The notes: a model not told the origin generated them from the sequence alone. A DNA stretch of 41,151 nucleotides from Hadesarchaea archaeon (GCA_029259185.1 JAPDJF010000024.1:1-41151), one strand, 5' to 3'. Counted from the stretch's first letter, positions 18,998-28,958 are shown. Program-made: numbers and translations.

Positions 18998-20530
18998 ATG
19001 ATGCCTAAATACCTCACGGTTAAACCAATCGAAATGGAATCCGAACATAGCTTGGTCCTCTTGCATGAAGAGGATGCTGAGGAGCTGGGGGTGTATATTG
19101 GAGACAGGCTGAAGCTCTCCACATCTTCTTCCTCCCTGATAGCCATCGTTAACCTGACCACAAAGATGGTACAACCCGGTGAGATAGGTACTCCGGTAGA
19201 GGTCTCAAGAGAAATGGGATTGAATGTTGGGGAAATAGTGATGGTCTCGCCGGTTCCCCAACCGACATCCGTCAGGGCCATCAGGAAGAAAATGGAAGGA
19301 AAGCATCTGAGCCACCAAGAGATAGGCGAAATCGTTACAGATATCGTGCGGAACAACTTAACCTCCACCGAACTCTCGGCATTCGTGGTCTCGGAGTATA
19401 CTCAAGGCATGTCCATGGATGAGATCGTATCACTGACTACCCACATGGTCGAAACGGGAGAAAAACTTCACTTAGAGGTGGGACCAGTAGTTGATGTTCA
19501 CAGCATAGGAGGAGTACCGGGAAACAAGTATGCGCTGATCACGGTTCCGATCGCCGTGGCAGGGGGGGCTGTGGTGCCGAAGACCAGCAGTCGAGCGATA
19601 ACGAGTGCCGCAGGGACTGCGGATATCATGGAAGTGTTGGCTGACGTAAGCTTTGATCTGGGTGAGATCAAGGAAATCACCGAGAGGGTCGGGGGACTCA
19701 TCGCATGGGGGGGTGCAGTCAAACTTGCCCCGGCAGACGACATCCTGATAAGGGTTGAACGTATGCTCCGTATAGATCCGAGATGTCAGATGCTCGCGAG
19801 TGTCATGGCAAAAAAACTCGCAGTCGGGGCGGAACACGTTCTCATAGACATCCCCACCGGCCCAGGAGCGAAAGTCGAAAACAGGTCGGAAGCTCGTTCC
19901 TTGGCCCAGAGCTTCATGGAACTGGGGAGAAGACTCCGCGTTGAGGTCGAGGCAGTAATAACCTATGGGGGGCAACCGCTGGGACGGACGATAGGACCCG
20001 CCCTAGAGGCGAGGGAAGCTCTGGAAACTCTGCTCGGCAGGGGGCCCAACAGCTTGGTTGAAAAATCAGTTGGCCTAGCCGGGCTCATGCTCGAGATGGT
20101 GGGCATAGTCCCGACCGGGAGGGGGAAGGAAGTAGCTTTTGAAATCCTCCGATCGGGCAAGGGATATGAGAAGATGCGCCAGATGATAGAAGCGCAGGGT
20201 GGGGATCCGAACGTGAAACCAGAGGAGATACCCGTGGGTGAAAAGAAGGAAGTCATTCCAGCAAACGAAGAAGGATACGTGACGCACATTTACAATGACA
20301 GGATAACTGCGATCGCGTGCACGGCCGGTGCCCCTAGGGACAGAGGAGCTGGAGTGAAGCTCTTCGTGAAACGTGGGCATAAAGTTAATAGGGGAAAAAC
20401 TTTGTTTGAAATTTATGCTGAACACGAAAACAAACTCGAAGAGGCTATAAAGATGACGAGGAAAAATTTCCCAATGAGGATAGAGGGAATGCTACTAGAA
20501 AAAGTCTCCGAACGTCCACGAGAATGGTGA
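18998..20530 (+). CDS. AMP phosphorylase (archaeal thymidine phosphorylase family)
   Basis: Extra N-terminal domain, DVHSIGGVPGNK, PKTSSRAITSAAGTAD, LAPADD, IGPALEA. Confidence 0.93.
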   Translation: MMPKYLTVKPIEMESEHSLVLLHEEDAEELGVYIGDRLKLSTSSSSLIAIVNLTTKMVQPGEIGTPVEVSREMGLNVGEIVMVSPVPQPTSVRAIRKKMEGKHLSHQEIGEIVTDIVRNNLTSTELSAFVVSEYTQGMSMDEIVSLTTHMVETGEKLHLEVGPVVDVHSIGGVPGNKYALITVPIAVAGGAVVPKTSSRAITSAAGTADIMEVLADVSFDLGEIKEITERVGGLIAWGGAVKLAPADDILIRVERMLRIDPRCQMLASVMAKKLAVGAEHVLIDIPTGPGAKVENRSEARSLAQSFMELGRRLRVEVEAVITYGGQPLGRTIGPALEAREALETLLGRGPNSLVEKSVGLAGLMLEMVGIVPTGRGKEVAFEILRSGKGYEKMRQMIEAQGGDPNVKPEEIPVGEKKEVIPANEEGYVTHIYNDRITAIACTAGAPRDRGAGVKLFVKRGHKVNRGKTLFEIYAEHENKLEEAIKMTRKNFPMRIEGMLLEKVSERPREW

Positions 20531-20536
20531 AAAAGG

Positions 20537-20998
20537 TTGTGGAGAATCCCTAAAAAATTCGCACTGGTGTCTGCGAGCGCAGAGGGTCCATTTGAACTCG
20601 TGGCCCTCGACAATGCGTTGAGAAAGGCTGGAGTGGGTGAACTGAATTTGATCCCCGTTTCGAGTATCTTGCCCAAGGGATGCGTTCTCTCCGATCTCCC
20701 TTCCCTCCAACCTGGAACGCTCACACCGGTTGTGATGGCCAAGATATGTAGTTCGACCCCAGGGCAAAAGATAGCCGCTGCCCTAGGAGTAGCCATAAGC
20801 GAAGATTCTCACGGGATGATCTCGGAATATCATGACATAGGAGTCACAGAAAAAACCGCCGGGAAAACTGCTGAGGCTATGGTGAGATACATGATGGAGG
20901 AAAGAGACCTGAAACCAACCAAAGTGATATCGGTATCAGCAGGTCACACCGTGAGACACCATGGGGCAGCGGTGGCCATCGCGGTGTTTTTACCCTGA
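20537..20998 (+). CDS. pdaD: Pyruvoyl-dependent arginine decarboxylase
   Basis: DNALRKAGVGELNLIPVSSILP with the Ser-Ser self-cleavage site. Confidence 0.88.
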   Translation: MWRIPKKFALVSASAEGPFELVALDNALRKAGVGELNLIPVSSILPKGCVLSDLPSLQPGTLTPVVMAKICSSTPGQKIAAALGVAISEDSHGMISEYHDIGVTEKTAGKTAEAMVRYMMEERDLKPTKVISVSAGHTVRHHGAAVAIAVFLP

Positions 20999-21039
20999 GA
21001 GCTTGGAATCGGTACCCCAAATTCCCTTTTAGAAGAGAC

Positions 21040-22680
21040 TCACTCGCTTTCGCCCGTCTCTCCCTCTTCCCCTCCACCCGGGGTCTTCGGGGATGGGAAG
21101 GATTTCTTGGCAGCCGCTATGACATCGTCGATACGTAAGATCATTATGGCAGCCTCGGTCGCCGATTTCACGGCTTGAGTTTTAACCCTAAGGGGCTCAT
21201 AGACTCCTATCTTCCGCATGTCGTCGATCTTCCCTTCAAATACGTTAATCCCATAATACTTCCCGTCCGGTTTTTCGTGCTTCGCCCTCAACTCCACGAG
21301 GACATCCACGCTGTCCATCCCTGCATTTTCCGCTAAGGTCTTGGGTATGACTTCCACCGCATCCGCAAAAGCTTTTATCGCTAGGGCTTCTCTCCCACCC
21401 ACGGTATCCGCATAGTCCCTTATCCTCTTAGCCAACGCCATTTCTGGAGCCCCTCCACCGCAGAGGTACTTGTTATCCTCAATTGCCGCCGCGACCACAC
21501 CCAAAGCATCATTTAATCCCCTTTCGATCTCATCCGTCACATGCTCCGATCCCCCACGGACTAATACCCCAACAGCTTTCGGGTTCTCACACTCTTGGAC
21601 GAATATGAACTTCTTGTCTCCGATCTTTCTCTCTTCCACCATGCCAGCCTTGCCGAGTTCGCTTGAGCTGAGATCGTCTAGATTCGTAACGACCTTTCCC
21701 CCGGTCGCACGGGCGAGCTTCTCCATGTCCGATTTCTTCACCCTCCTAGCCGCTAAGATTCCGGCTTTCGCGAGGTAGTGCTGGGCTATGTCGTCTATTC
21801 CTTTTTGACAGAAGACTACATTGGCTCCACTCGAGACCACCTTTTCAACCATTCCTTTGAGCATCCTCTCCTCCTCATCCAGAAACGCCCGCAACTGCTC
21901 AGGTCTCGTTACCCTTATCTCAGCATCCGTCTCCGTCTTTTTGACCTCCAAGGGTGTGTCCAGCAAGGCTATCTTAGCGTTCTTTATTCGCTCGGGCATC
22001 CCCGGGTGAACCCTTTCCTTATCCAAGACGAGCCCACTTACGATCTCTGAATCCGCCACGCTTCCTCCAGCTTTTTTCTCGATGCCTATGTAGTCCAAGT
22101 CAACCCTATACCCGCCATCGAATTTGTCCACCACTTTCCTCACCGCCTCAACGGCTAGATTCGCAAGTTTTTCACGCGCGCCTTCCGACTTCTTTCCAGT
22201 CATTGAGGTTATGGCTATCTTCTGCAATTTCTCGGTATCTTCAATCGTCACCTCATCGGCTATTTCTTCCAAGATCTCCCTAGCCCTATCGGACGCTGCC
22301 CTATAGCCTGAAACGATGATCATGGGGTGAATCCCCTGGTCTAAAAGCTTCTCTGCTTGATGCAGGAGCGCACCAGCTATAACGACTGCCGTGGTTGTCC
22401 CGTCTTTAACCTCTTCATCCATCGTCTTCGCAACTTCTACCATCATCTTAGCCGCGGGGTGCTCGATATCCATCTCCTTGAGGATGGTGACCCCGTCGTT
22501 CGTGATGGTCACATCACCCAAGCTATCGACCAGCATCTTGTCCATCCCTCTGGGACCAAGCGTCGTTCTAACGGCCTCGGCTATTATCCTAGCCGCGCTT
22601 ATGTTCATACGTTTGGCATCTTTTCCTGCGAGCCTCGTCGCGCCTTCTGGCAATATCAAGATGGGTTTAGCTGTAGCCAT
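21040..22680 (-). CDS. ths: Thermosome (group II chaperonin) subunit
   Basis: [36 protein letters not shown]. Confidence 0.98.
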   Translation of the reverse strand: MATAKPILILPEGATRLAGKDAKRMNISAARIIAEAVRTTLGPRGMDKMLVDSLGDVTITNDGVTILKEMDIEHPAAKMMVEVAKTMDEEVKDGTTTAVVIAGALLHQAEKLLDQGIHPMIIVSGYRAASDRAREILEEIADEVTIEDTEKLQKIAITSMTGKKSEGAREKLANLAVEAVRKVVDKFDGGYRVDLDYIGIEKKAGGSVADSEIVSGLVLDKERVHPGMPERIKNAKIALLDTPLEVKKTETDAEIRVTRPEQLRAFLDEEERMLKGMVEKVVSSGANVVFCQKGIDDIAQHYLAKAGILAARRVKKSDMEKLARATGGKVVTNLDDLSSSELGKAGMVEERKIGDKKFIFVQECENPKAVGVLVRGGSEHVTDEIERGLNDALGVVAAAIEDNKYLCGGGAPEMALAKRIRDYADTVGGREALAIKAFADAVEVIPKTLAENAGMDSVDVLVELRAKHEKPDGKYYGINVFEGKIDDMRKIGVYEPLRVKTQAVKSATEAAIMILRIDDVIAAAKKSFPSPKTPGGGEEGETGESE

Positions 22681-22756
22681 TCACGATCCCCAAAACCTAG
22701 TTCATAATCTGTGATGTGACATCTACCTTTTATGTTTTTCGGTGTCGGTGTCGGGG

Positions 22757-22902
22757 CGCCTCGCACAAAAATATGGCAAAAGCAAATGGATCCGAAAGGT
22801 CGTGGTTAGTTGGCCTCCAAGACGAGGATGGCTTTCGCCCCTTGAAGGGATCCCGAGCCCCCAAGCACGGAAATTGGCCTCAAGGCTATTTTTGTGCAAG
22901 CT
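22757..22902. mobile_element. Degenerate second copy of the IS5-like MITE
   Basis: GCACAAAAATA...TATTTTTGTGC inverted ends; shares GGATCCCGAGCC(C/T)CCAAGCAC..AAATTGG.CTCA with 5037-5216; no clear TSD. Confidence 0.75.
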
Positions 22903-22915
22903 CAAGAGATGAGTG

Positions 22916-24037
22916 ATGAGAAAAATTTCTAGGTGTAGGGTATGCGGGAGGGAAGGATCCGAGATCTCCAGCTCTCTCGGTGTTTGTGTGAATTGCATTC
23001 GCCATCGTTTCGAGGAGGCGGTACCTTACATAGAAGCGGCGCATGCGAGAGCGAGGCGACCACTCGGTCTTCCTCCTACCGTCCCTTCCAACCCGAAGGA
23101 TCCCCGGTGCGATGGATGCGGAAATTCGTGCCGGATACCGGAGGGAGGTCGGGGATACTGCGGGTTGGTGGAAAACGTGAACGGTGAACTCATCCGCGGG
23201 TACGGAACCTCTGAGCGAGGTTTGGTCACGTGTTATCTCGATCCCCTGCCAACCAACTGCGTACCTGCGGATTTTTGTGCTGGTTCGAGCGGTGCAGGGT
23301 ACCCGAAGTGGTGCAGGTCGCCCGCGGGGGATCTGGGTTACTTTAACTTGGCAGTATTCATCGGGAGCTGCACGTACGACTGTCTCTTTTGCCAGAACTT
23401 CACGTTCAAATCCATGCTCTCTGAAGGCGGCCCGACGATGAGGGCCTCCGAACTCGCTGAAAAGGTCGATGAGAGGGTCGGGTGTGTGTGTTATTTCGGG
23501 GGAGACCCCTCCAGTCAGATACCATTCGTGGTGAGCTCGGCTACCATAATGCGGAGAGCAGCTGAGGAGGAGAGGAGACTCCTTAGGGTGTGCTTGGAAA
23601 CGAACCTCAACATGAACCCTTCTCAGCTGGATGGGATCGCTGGGCTTTGTATGGAGAGTGGTGGGGGGATAAAGGTGGATCTGAAGTGTTGGTCAGATAA
23701 AATCCTGTACGCACTCTCAGGTGTGCGGACGAGGATCCCATACAAGAACTTCGAGAGACTCTCCAAAATGCATCGTGAGAGACCAGAGGTCCCCTTCCTC
23801 CGCGCCAGCACCCTGCTCGTGCCCGGGTACGTGGACGAGGATGAGATAAGATCCATAGCTTCATTCATAGCGGATCTAGATCCCACCATCCCGTACTCCC
23901 TACTCGCCTTCCACCCAACCCACTTGATGAGCGATATGCCCTACACGAAGAGGGAAGACGCTGAGAGATTTCTGCACATATGCTTACGTGAGGGTTTGGA
24001 GAGGGTGAGGGTGGGAAACCCTTGGTTGTTGAGGTAG
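22916..24037 (+). CDS. Radical SAM protein (PflA/AmmeMemoRadiSam-like) with Cys-rich N-terminus
   Basis: CTYDCLFC (CxxxCxxC), YFGGDP, STLLVPGYV, extra N-terminal CxxC pairs. Confidence 0.88.
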   Translation: MRKISRCRVCGREGSEISSSLGVCVNCIRHRFEEAVPYIEAAHARARRPLGLPPTVPSNPKDPRCDGCGNSCRIPEGGRGYCGLVENVNGELIRGYGTSERGLVTCYLDPLPTNCVPADFCAGSSGAGYPKWCRSPAGDLGYFNLAVFIGSCTYDCLFCQNFTFKSMLSEGGPTMRASELAEKVDERVGCVCYFGGDPSSQIPFVVSSATIMRRAAEEERRLLRVCLETNLNMNPSQLDGIAGLCMESGGGIKVDLKCWSDKILYALSGVRTRIPYKNFERLSKMHRERPEVPFLRASTLLVPGYVDEDEIRSIASFIADLDPTIPYSLLAFHPTHLMSDMPYTKREDAERFLHICLREGLERVRVGNPWLLR

Positions 24038-24077
24038 GGATTTATCATCACACCCCTCATTTGTTGGGGGGATCGAT

Positions 24078-25235
24078 TTGAGGGTACACATCGCAGAATG
24101 CGTGCTGGGTGTTTTCGCTTTCAGCGGGGGAAAGATGGTGGGGTTCAGATCCTTCCCCCCCAATCCGAAAGAGATCGCAGAGCGGATACTGTCTGTGCTC
24201 GGAGGGGTCCCGACCGAGGAGCACCTCCAGCTGGTTAGGGATATGCTGGTGTGTGGGCATAAAAAGTTCACGGTGGAGTCAGAGGGATTGGCCAAGGGCC
24301 TCAGGGAGAGATTGGGTGATGGGGAGTTCATCCCAGAGTTTCCGAACGAAGCCGGGAAGGTGCTGAGGAAGGATCCGGGCAGAGTGGTGGGGTGGGTCGG
24401 GGTAAAAGACATCGATCCGCTGGTGCGGGAGGTGTGTATGTACCTGAGCAGGAAAGGGGTCGAAGAAAAGGCCGAAGAGAAAGACAGGCTCGTGATCAAC
24501 GCGGTGAAAACCTTGGATGAGATCGATAAGGCATGTAACATGATCTGTAGTATTCTCCGGGAGTGGTACTCGCTCCACTTTCCCGAGCTCGACGAGCAGA
24601 TCCGAGATCACGAGCTTTACTTGGAGCTCCTCGTTTCGCTCGGCCAGAGGGAGAATTTCGAAGAGGAGAAACTGAGCGGGTTTGGGGTTCCCGAAGGGGT
24701 GAGGAAAAAAATTGCTCGCGCGGGGCGAGGTTCGGGGGGGACCCCGTTGGCTGAGGCCGACATGGAAGTGATAAAGGAGTGTGGAGAGGCGGTGCTGGGA
24801 CTCTTCAGGACGCGCAAGCGATTGGCAGAGTATGTGGATCGAACCATGGCTCGAGTGGCACCCAACCTGCGTGCTGTGGTCGGAGGTCTGCTTGGGGCCA
24901 GACTCATAGCGCTCGCCGGAGGATTGGACAGGCTCGCCAGAGCACCCACCAGCACCATCCAGCTTTTAGGTGCTGAGAAAGCACTCTTCAGGGCATTGAA
25001 GACGAAGGGGAAGCCTCCGAAGCATGGAGTGATATACCGATTCCCCCAGCTCCGCGCGGCTCCGAGGAAGGTCAGAGGAAAAATAGCTAGGGCGCTCGCT
25101 GGGAAGGTTAGCATAGCAGCTAGGGTCGATGCGATGGGTGGGGAGTACGTTGGTGAAAAACTCGGGGCGGATCTCCGAAGGCGCATCGGGGAGATCATGT
25201 CGAAGTATGAGAGATCCAAAGAGGCACTGAGGTGA
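24078..25235 (+). CDS. nop5: Box C/D sRNP protein Nop5 (Nop56/58)
   Basis: LREWYSLHFPEL, APNLRAVVG, STIQLLGAEKALF, PPKHGVIY, RGKIARALA. Confidence 0.96.
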   Translation: MRVHIAECVLGVFAFSGGKMVGFRSFPPNPKEIAERILSVLGGVPTEEHLQLVRDMLVCGHKKFTVESEGLAKGLRERLGDGEFIPEFPNEAGKVLRKDPGRVVGWVGVKDIDPLVREVCMYLSRKGVEEKAEEKDRLVINAVKTLDEIDKACNMICSILREWYSLHFPELDEQIRDHELYLELLVSLGQRENFEEEKLSGFGVPEGVRKKIARAGRGSGGTPLAEADMEVIKECGEAVLGLFRTRKRLAEYVDRTMARVAPNLRAVVGGLLGARLIALAGGLDRLARAPTSTIQLLGAEKALFRALKTKGKPPKHGVIYRFPQLRAAPRKVRGKIARALAGKVSIAARVDAMGGEYVGEKLGADLRRRIGEIMSKYERSKEALR

Positions 25236-25250
25236 GGTATATAGTCATAG

Positions 25251-25611
25251 ATGCACATGCGAGAGGAAAAACTCTACCCACCGGGGCAAGCGATATGAGG
25301 TGGTTGCGACTTTCGAGAACCGACGGGGGTTGAAAAAAGTGTTCGAGATGCTTAGGGCTGGCGAAGCCGATACCGTGATCGTTGCGTGGAAAGATTGCCT
25401 CACCCGCTTTGGCTTTGAGCATTTGAAAAATCACGCTGAGGATCTCGGCGTTCGAATAGAAGGGGTAAATGAACGAGAAGAACGAACTCCCCACGAGGAG
25501 TTAGTCGGAGATCTCCTCTCCGTTGTCGCCAGCTTCTCTGGCAGGCTCTACGGTATGGGTTCAAACAAAGCGAGAATGGTGGTGGAGAGTGTCAAGCGTG
25601 CAGTCCGTTAG
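25251..25611 (+). pseudogene. tnpA: IS607 TnpA serine recombinase, internally deleted and frameshifted
   Basis: MREEKLYPPGQA start stops at 25298; second frame has ENRRGLKK...DCLTRFGFE...EELVGDLLSVVASFSGRLYG; HTH and catalytic YARVS segment are absent. Confidence 0.85.
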
Positions 25612-26956
25612 TTCGGCCCGATTTGTTACCCCGCCCTTGACCCGGCGAAAACAAGAGGTGCTAAAACAATTGCTCGACCGGTTCGCGGCCTCGGTGAACT
25701 TCTGCATTTGGAAGTGTCTTGAGCACAAGGTCACCTCTCGCGCCTCGCTGCACCGCGTTGCCTACGAGGAGTGGAAGTCGCGCTTCGATCTCGCTACTCA
25801 CTGGTTCCACTCGGCCGGGCAGGTCGCCACACAGATGCTCCGCTCATGGCGGAAGCTCTGCCGCAAAGGACGAGCTGATCCAAGCAGGCCACCTCGTTAC
25901 GAAGCTCGAACTATGCGCTTGGAGCTTTGGGGTGAGAGTAGCGTCTCTGACATCTGCCGTTTCCATGGGCACGCGGTTCAGATCCGCACGCGCAAGGACG
26001 AGCACCTCTGGCTTCCGCTGATCGTAACCGAGCACCACGAGTTTCGCTACCTCAAGGACTGGCGCGAGGGGAAGACGAGAGTTGGTGAGATCACCATCTC
26101 GACATTTAAAGACAGGGCGGACATCTTCGTGTCCTTCAAGCGCGAGGTAGAACCAAAGCTTGTGGGAGGCATCTGCGGAGTCGGCATCAACGAGCGGAGC
26201 GTCGATTTGACCGTCCTGAAGCCGAGCGAGCGGCCAAAACACACCAGCCTCGACGTTTCAAAGCTCCCAGCGATAAGGCACGCCTCCCAGCTCAAGCGGA
26301 AGTCGATTCAGCAAAAGCTCGATGCGCTGCCGCAGCGCCCCGTGCAGAAGCGGAGGCTTTGGGCGAAGTACTGGCGCAGGGAGCGAAATCGAACGAACCA
26401 GATCATGCACGTCGTCAGCAAGCGGATCTCCGAGATCGCCGAGCGCGAGCGCACCGCGTTTGCATTCGAAGGCATCGAGAAGATTCGAGAATCTATGCGC
26501 TCGAAGCGAAAGTCGAGGAACGGCAAAACCCTGCACAAGGACATGCGCAGGCGGCTCAACCAGTGGCCTTTCAGGAAGCTCCAGTTCTTCGTCGAGTACA
26601 AGGTGGCGCGACAAGGGTTGCCGACGGTAGAAGTAAGCAACTATCACAAGTCGAAGGACTGCCCGGTGTGTGGCCGTTACAATAGGCCGAATGGGCACGC
26701 CCACAGGTGTCAAACCTGTGGGTTCGAAGCCAGCCGCCACCTCGTGACGAGCTGGAATCTTCCCTGCTCCGACAGGGAAGAGAACCCAGCTAAGGATGGG
26801 GCGAGGCACGTCCCCGCCGACTGCTGGCAGATGCAACGGGTAGCGGAGGGGCTTGTAGCTCCTGAGAAGCTATCCGTGGAGCCAGAAAAAAATCCCGTGT
26901 CAGACTGGTGTAGTTTGATACGGGATTTTAGGACGGTCGTTAGTGCGAGGTTTTAG
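25598..26956 (+). CDS. tnpB: TnpB-family RNA-guided protein with substituted RuvC catalytic residues
   Basis: GVGINE (RuvC-I Asp to Gly), AFEGI (RuvC-II), WPFRKLQFFVEYK, CPVC...CQTC zinc finger, SRHLV (RuvC-III His); GTG 25598 overlaps the tnpA end. Confidence 0.9.
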   Translation: MQSVSSARFVTPPLTRRKQEVLKQLLDRFAASVNFCIWKCLEHKVTSRASLHRVAYEEWKSRFDLATHWFHSAGQVATQMLRSWRKLCRKGRADPSRPPRYEARTMRLELWGESSVSDICRFHGHAVQIRTRKDEHLWLPLIVTEHHEFRYLKDWREGKTRVGEITISTFKDRADIFVSFKREVEPKLVGGICGVGINERSVDLTVLKPSERPKHTSLDVSKLPAIRHASQLKRKSIQQKLDALPQRPVQKRRLWAKYWRRERNRTNQIMHVVSKRISEIAERERTAFAFEGIEKIRESMRSKRKSRNGKTLHKDMRRRLNQWPFRKLQFFVEYKVARQGLPTVEVSNYHKSKDCPVCGRYNRPNGHAHRCQTCGFEASRHLVTSWNLPCSDREENPAKDGARHVPADCWQMQRVAEGLVAPEKLSVEPEKNPVSDWCSLIRDFRTVVSARF

Positions 26957-26961
26957 AACGG
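26891..26961 (+). ncRNA. Putative 3' part of the TnpB omega-RNA (reRNA) scaffold
   Basis: 16-bp hairpin AATCCCGTGTCAGACT/AGTTTGATACGGGATT (26891-26927) with two G-U pairs, at the tnpB 3' end and element right end. Confidence 0.55.
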
Positions 26962-27635
26962 TCAGATCCCACGCTAAATTTCCCGGGGTTTACTGGATTG
27001 AGTCAAAGGAGGGGAGGAAGCTGGCGACGGCCAACTTGATCCCGGGACGAAGCGTGTACGGGGAGGAGAGGGTGGAGTGGGAGGGGACGGAATACAGGAG
27101 TTGGGATCCCTACAGGAGCAAGCTCGCCGCTGCGATCATCAAGGGGATGAAGAGTATGCCCATCAGAGAGGGGTCGAGAGTACTTTACTTGGGGGCGGCA
27201 ACTGGAACAACGGTCAGTCATGTGTCGGATATCGTGGGAAAGATGGGAATGATATACTGCGTCGAGATCTCCCCGAGACCGATGAGAGATCTCCTCTCCC
27301 TTTGCGCTCTCAGGGAAAATCTCTCGCCGATATTGGCCGATGCTAGGAACCCTCAGAGTTATGGCATGTTGGTAACGGGAGTGGATGTTATATACCAAGA
27401 CGTGGCTCAACCCGATCAAACGGAGATCTTGCTGAGGAACGCTAGGGTTTTCCTGTCCTCCGGCGGATGGGCCGTGTTCATGCTCAAGGCCCGGAGCATA
27501 GATGTCACTAAGGATCCCCAGGAGATCTTTAGAGGAGAGGTGGAGGCTCTGAGAGAGGAAATGGAGCCGGTGGAGGTGAGGGTGCTGGATCCATACGAGA
27601 AAGATCATGCGATGCTTCTGTTGAGGAAGAAGTGA
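26943..27635 (+). CDS. flpA: Fibrillarin-like rRNA/tRNA 2'-O-methyltransferase
   Basis: SVYGE, YRSWDPYRSKLAAAI, VLYLGAATGTTVSHVSD, YQDVAQPDQ, KARSIDVT. Confidence 0.97.
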   Translation: MRGFRTVRSHAKFPGVYWIESKEGRKLATANLIPGRSVYGEERVEWEGTEYRSWDPYRSKLAAAIIKGMKSMPIREGSRVLYLGAATGTTVSHVSDIVGKMGMIYCVEISPRPMRDLLSLCALRENLSPILADARNPQSYGMLVTGVDVIYQDVAQPDQTEILLRNARVFLSSGGWAVFMLKARSIDVTKDPQEIFRGEVEALREEMEPVEVRVLDPYEKDHAMLLLRKK

Positions 27636-27753
27636 TTCGTGGGTTTTCATGGTGTCCCCCCAACGGCCCATCGGTTGATCCAATGGAAAAATCCGCCCGT
27701 GCGCCGGGGGCCCGCTTTTTGGGTGAGTGTTATAAACCTCTTTTTCGAACTCT

Positions 27754-28899
27754 TTGGTGGACGGGTCGAAGATCCTCCTGCTCTCATGCGTGATAGTCTT
27801 CGTTGATGCGGCGGGATATGGAATCGTGGTTCCGACAGTTCCCCTCCATGCCTCAGAACTTGGAATAAGTCCATTCCAGTTGGGTTTGGTGTTCGCGGCA
27901 TACCCGATAACCCATCTCGTGGTTTCCGTGCCGTTGGGAGTTCTGTGCGACCGACATGGGAGAAAGTTGACCGTGCTCCTGGGGATGCTGGCTCTCGCGA
28001 CTTCGAGTCTCTCTTTTGCACTGGCAGGTGATTTCATCCAGCTCTTCATGAGCAGGGCCGTCCAAGGAACGGCGGCGGCCGCGACATGGGTTGCGGCCCT
28101 AGCCCTCTTGGCCGATGTCACACCTCCGATGAAGCGCGGGGAGAGGATGGGGTGGGTCACCGCGGCGATGGGGGTGGGAGCAATAGCCGGCCCACCACTC
28201 GGCGGGGGGCTCGCTGACATGTTCGGATACTCGTTCCCTTTCTACGTGTGGTCGACGTTGGCACTTTCGCTAGCTTTGACGATATTTTGGGGGATTGAGG
28301 AGCCTCCGCACGTGGGGGGTGCACGATTCTCCCTCCGTGAAATGTGCTCCGCCTTGAGGAACAGAAACGTGGTGATGTGTTGTTTGGTGGCAGGACTCGT
28401 CTGGCTGGGATTCGGTTTCTTTGAGCCCCTTATGCCGGGCTACGTGGCCTCTCGGTTCGATGTCGGTGGGGGAACGGTGGGTGGAATGTTCGGCGTGGCG
28501 GCTCTCTTCATGGCCTTCTCCCGGCCGGTATTCGGAATAGTAAGCGATAGGGTGGGAAGAAAAAAGGTCATAGTGGGGGGCATGTTTTTCTACGCAATTT
28601 CCGTGCAGTCCATCCTCTTCGCGGACTCGATCACGACGATGACTTTAGCGTTCGCCCTCATCGGGCTAGCACTTGGAATCCCCCTTTCTGCGGCCTTGCC
28701 CCTCATAACCGAATCTCTCCCCTTGGCTGGTACTGCGTCGGCCCTCTTCCTCACCGCGTACTCGGTGGGCCATGTGGTGGGCCCGATAATGGGTGGATCC
28801 CTTGTGGGATACGTTGGGATGGCGGCGCTAATTTACTTCTACGCATTCATGATGTTGGGCGGAGGAATGGCTTCCTCGATCCTCATAAAGGAAAACTAA
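27754..28899 (+). CDS. MFS transporter
   Basis: About 12 TM helices; motif A GVLCDRHGRK and GIVSDRVGRK. Confidence 0.92.
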   Translation: MVDGSKILLLSCVIVFVDAAGYGIVVPTVPLHASELGISPFQLGLVFAAYPITHLVVSVPLGVLCDRHGRKLTVLLGMLALATSSLSFALAGDFIQLFMSRAVQGTAAAATWVAALALLADVTPPMKRGERMGWVTAAMGVGAIAGPPLGGGLADMFGYSFPFYVWSTLALSLALTIFWGIEEPPHVGGARFSLREMCSALRNRNVVMCCLVAGLVWLGFGFFEPLMPGYVASRFDVGGGTVGGMFGVAALFMAFSRPVFGIVSDRVGRKKVIVGGMFFYAISVQSILFADSITTMTLAFALIGLALGIPLSAALPLITESLPLAGTASALFLTAYSVGHVVGPIMGGSLVGYVGMAALIYFYAFMMLGGGMASSILIKEN

Positions 28900-28958
28900 A
28901 CCGAGCTTGGCCCACATCTCGGGTGATGATCCCCGCTAGCTCGATGGGAAAACAAGGG

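Larger units (their letters stand above)
25237..26960 (+). mobile_element. Degenerate IS607-family element between nop5 and fibrillarin
   Basis: Serine-recombinase tnpA remnant plus tnpB; right-end repeats TTTTAGGACGG/TTTTAGAACGG ending in GG; C-rich codon usage unlike the host genes; left boundary uncertain. Confidence 0.82.

Noticed and set aside
25237-26961. IStron (group I intron plus IS607)
   Set aside because: No room for a group I intron core upstream of tnpA
27636-27753. GC-rich stretch followed by a T run after fibrillarin as a possible ncRNA
   Set aside because: No convincing stable structure or family motif; adequately explained as terminator plus MFS promoter
27003-28220. 405-aa minus-strand ORF and other long antisense ORFs (e.g. 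12364-13146, 17511-18278, 24617-25258)
   Set aside because: Shadows of well-supported genes on the opposite strand, with no recognisable motifs
28923-28958. GTGATGA C-box between the convergent MFS and map genes
   Set aside because: No matching D box (CTGA) at a suitable distance
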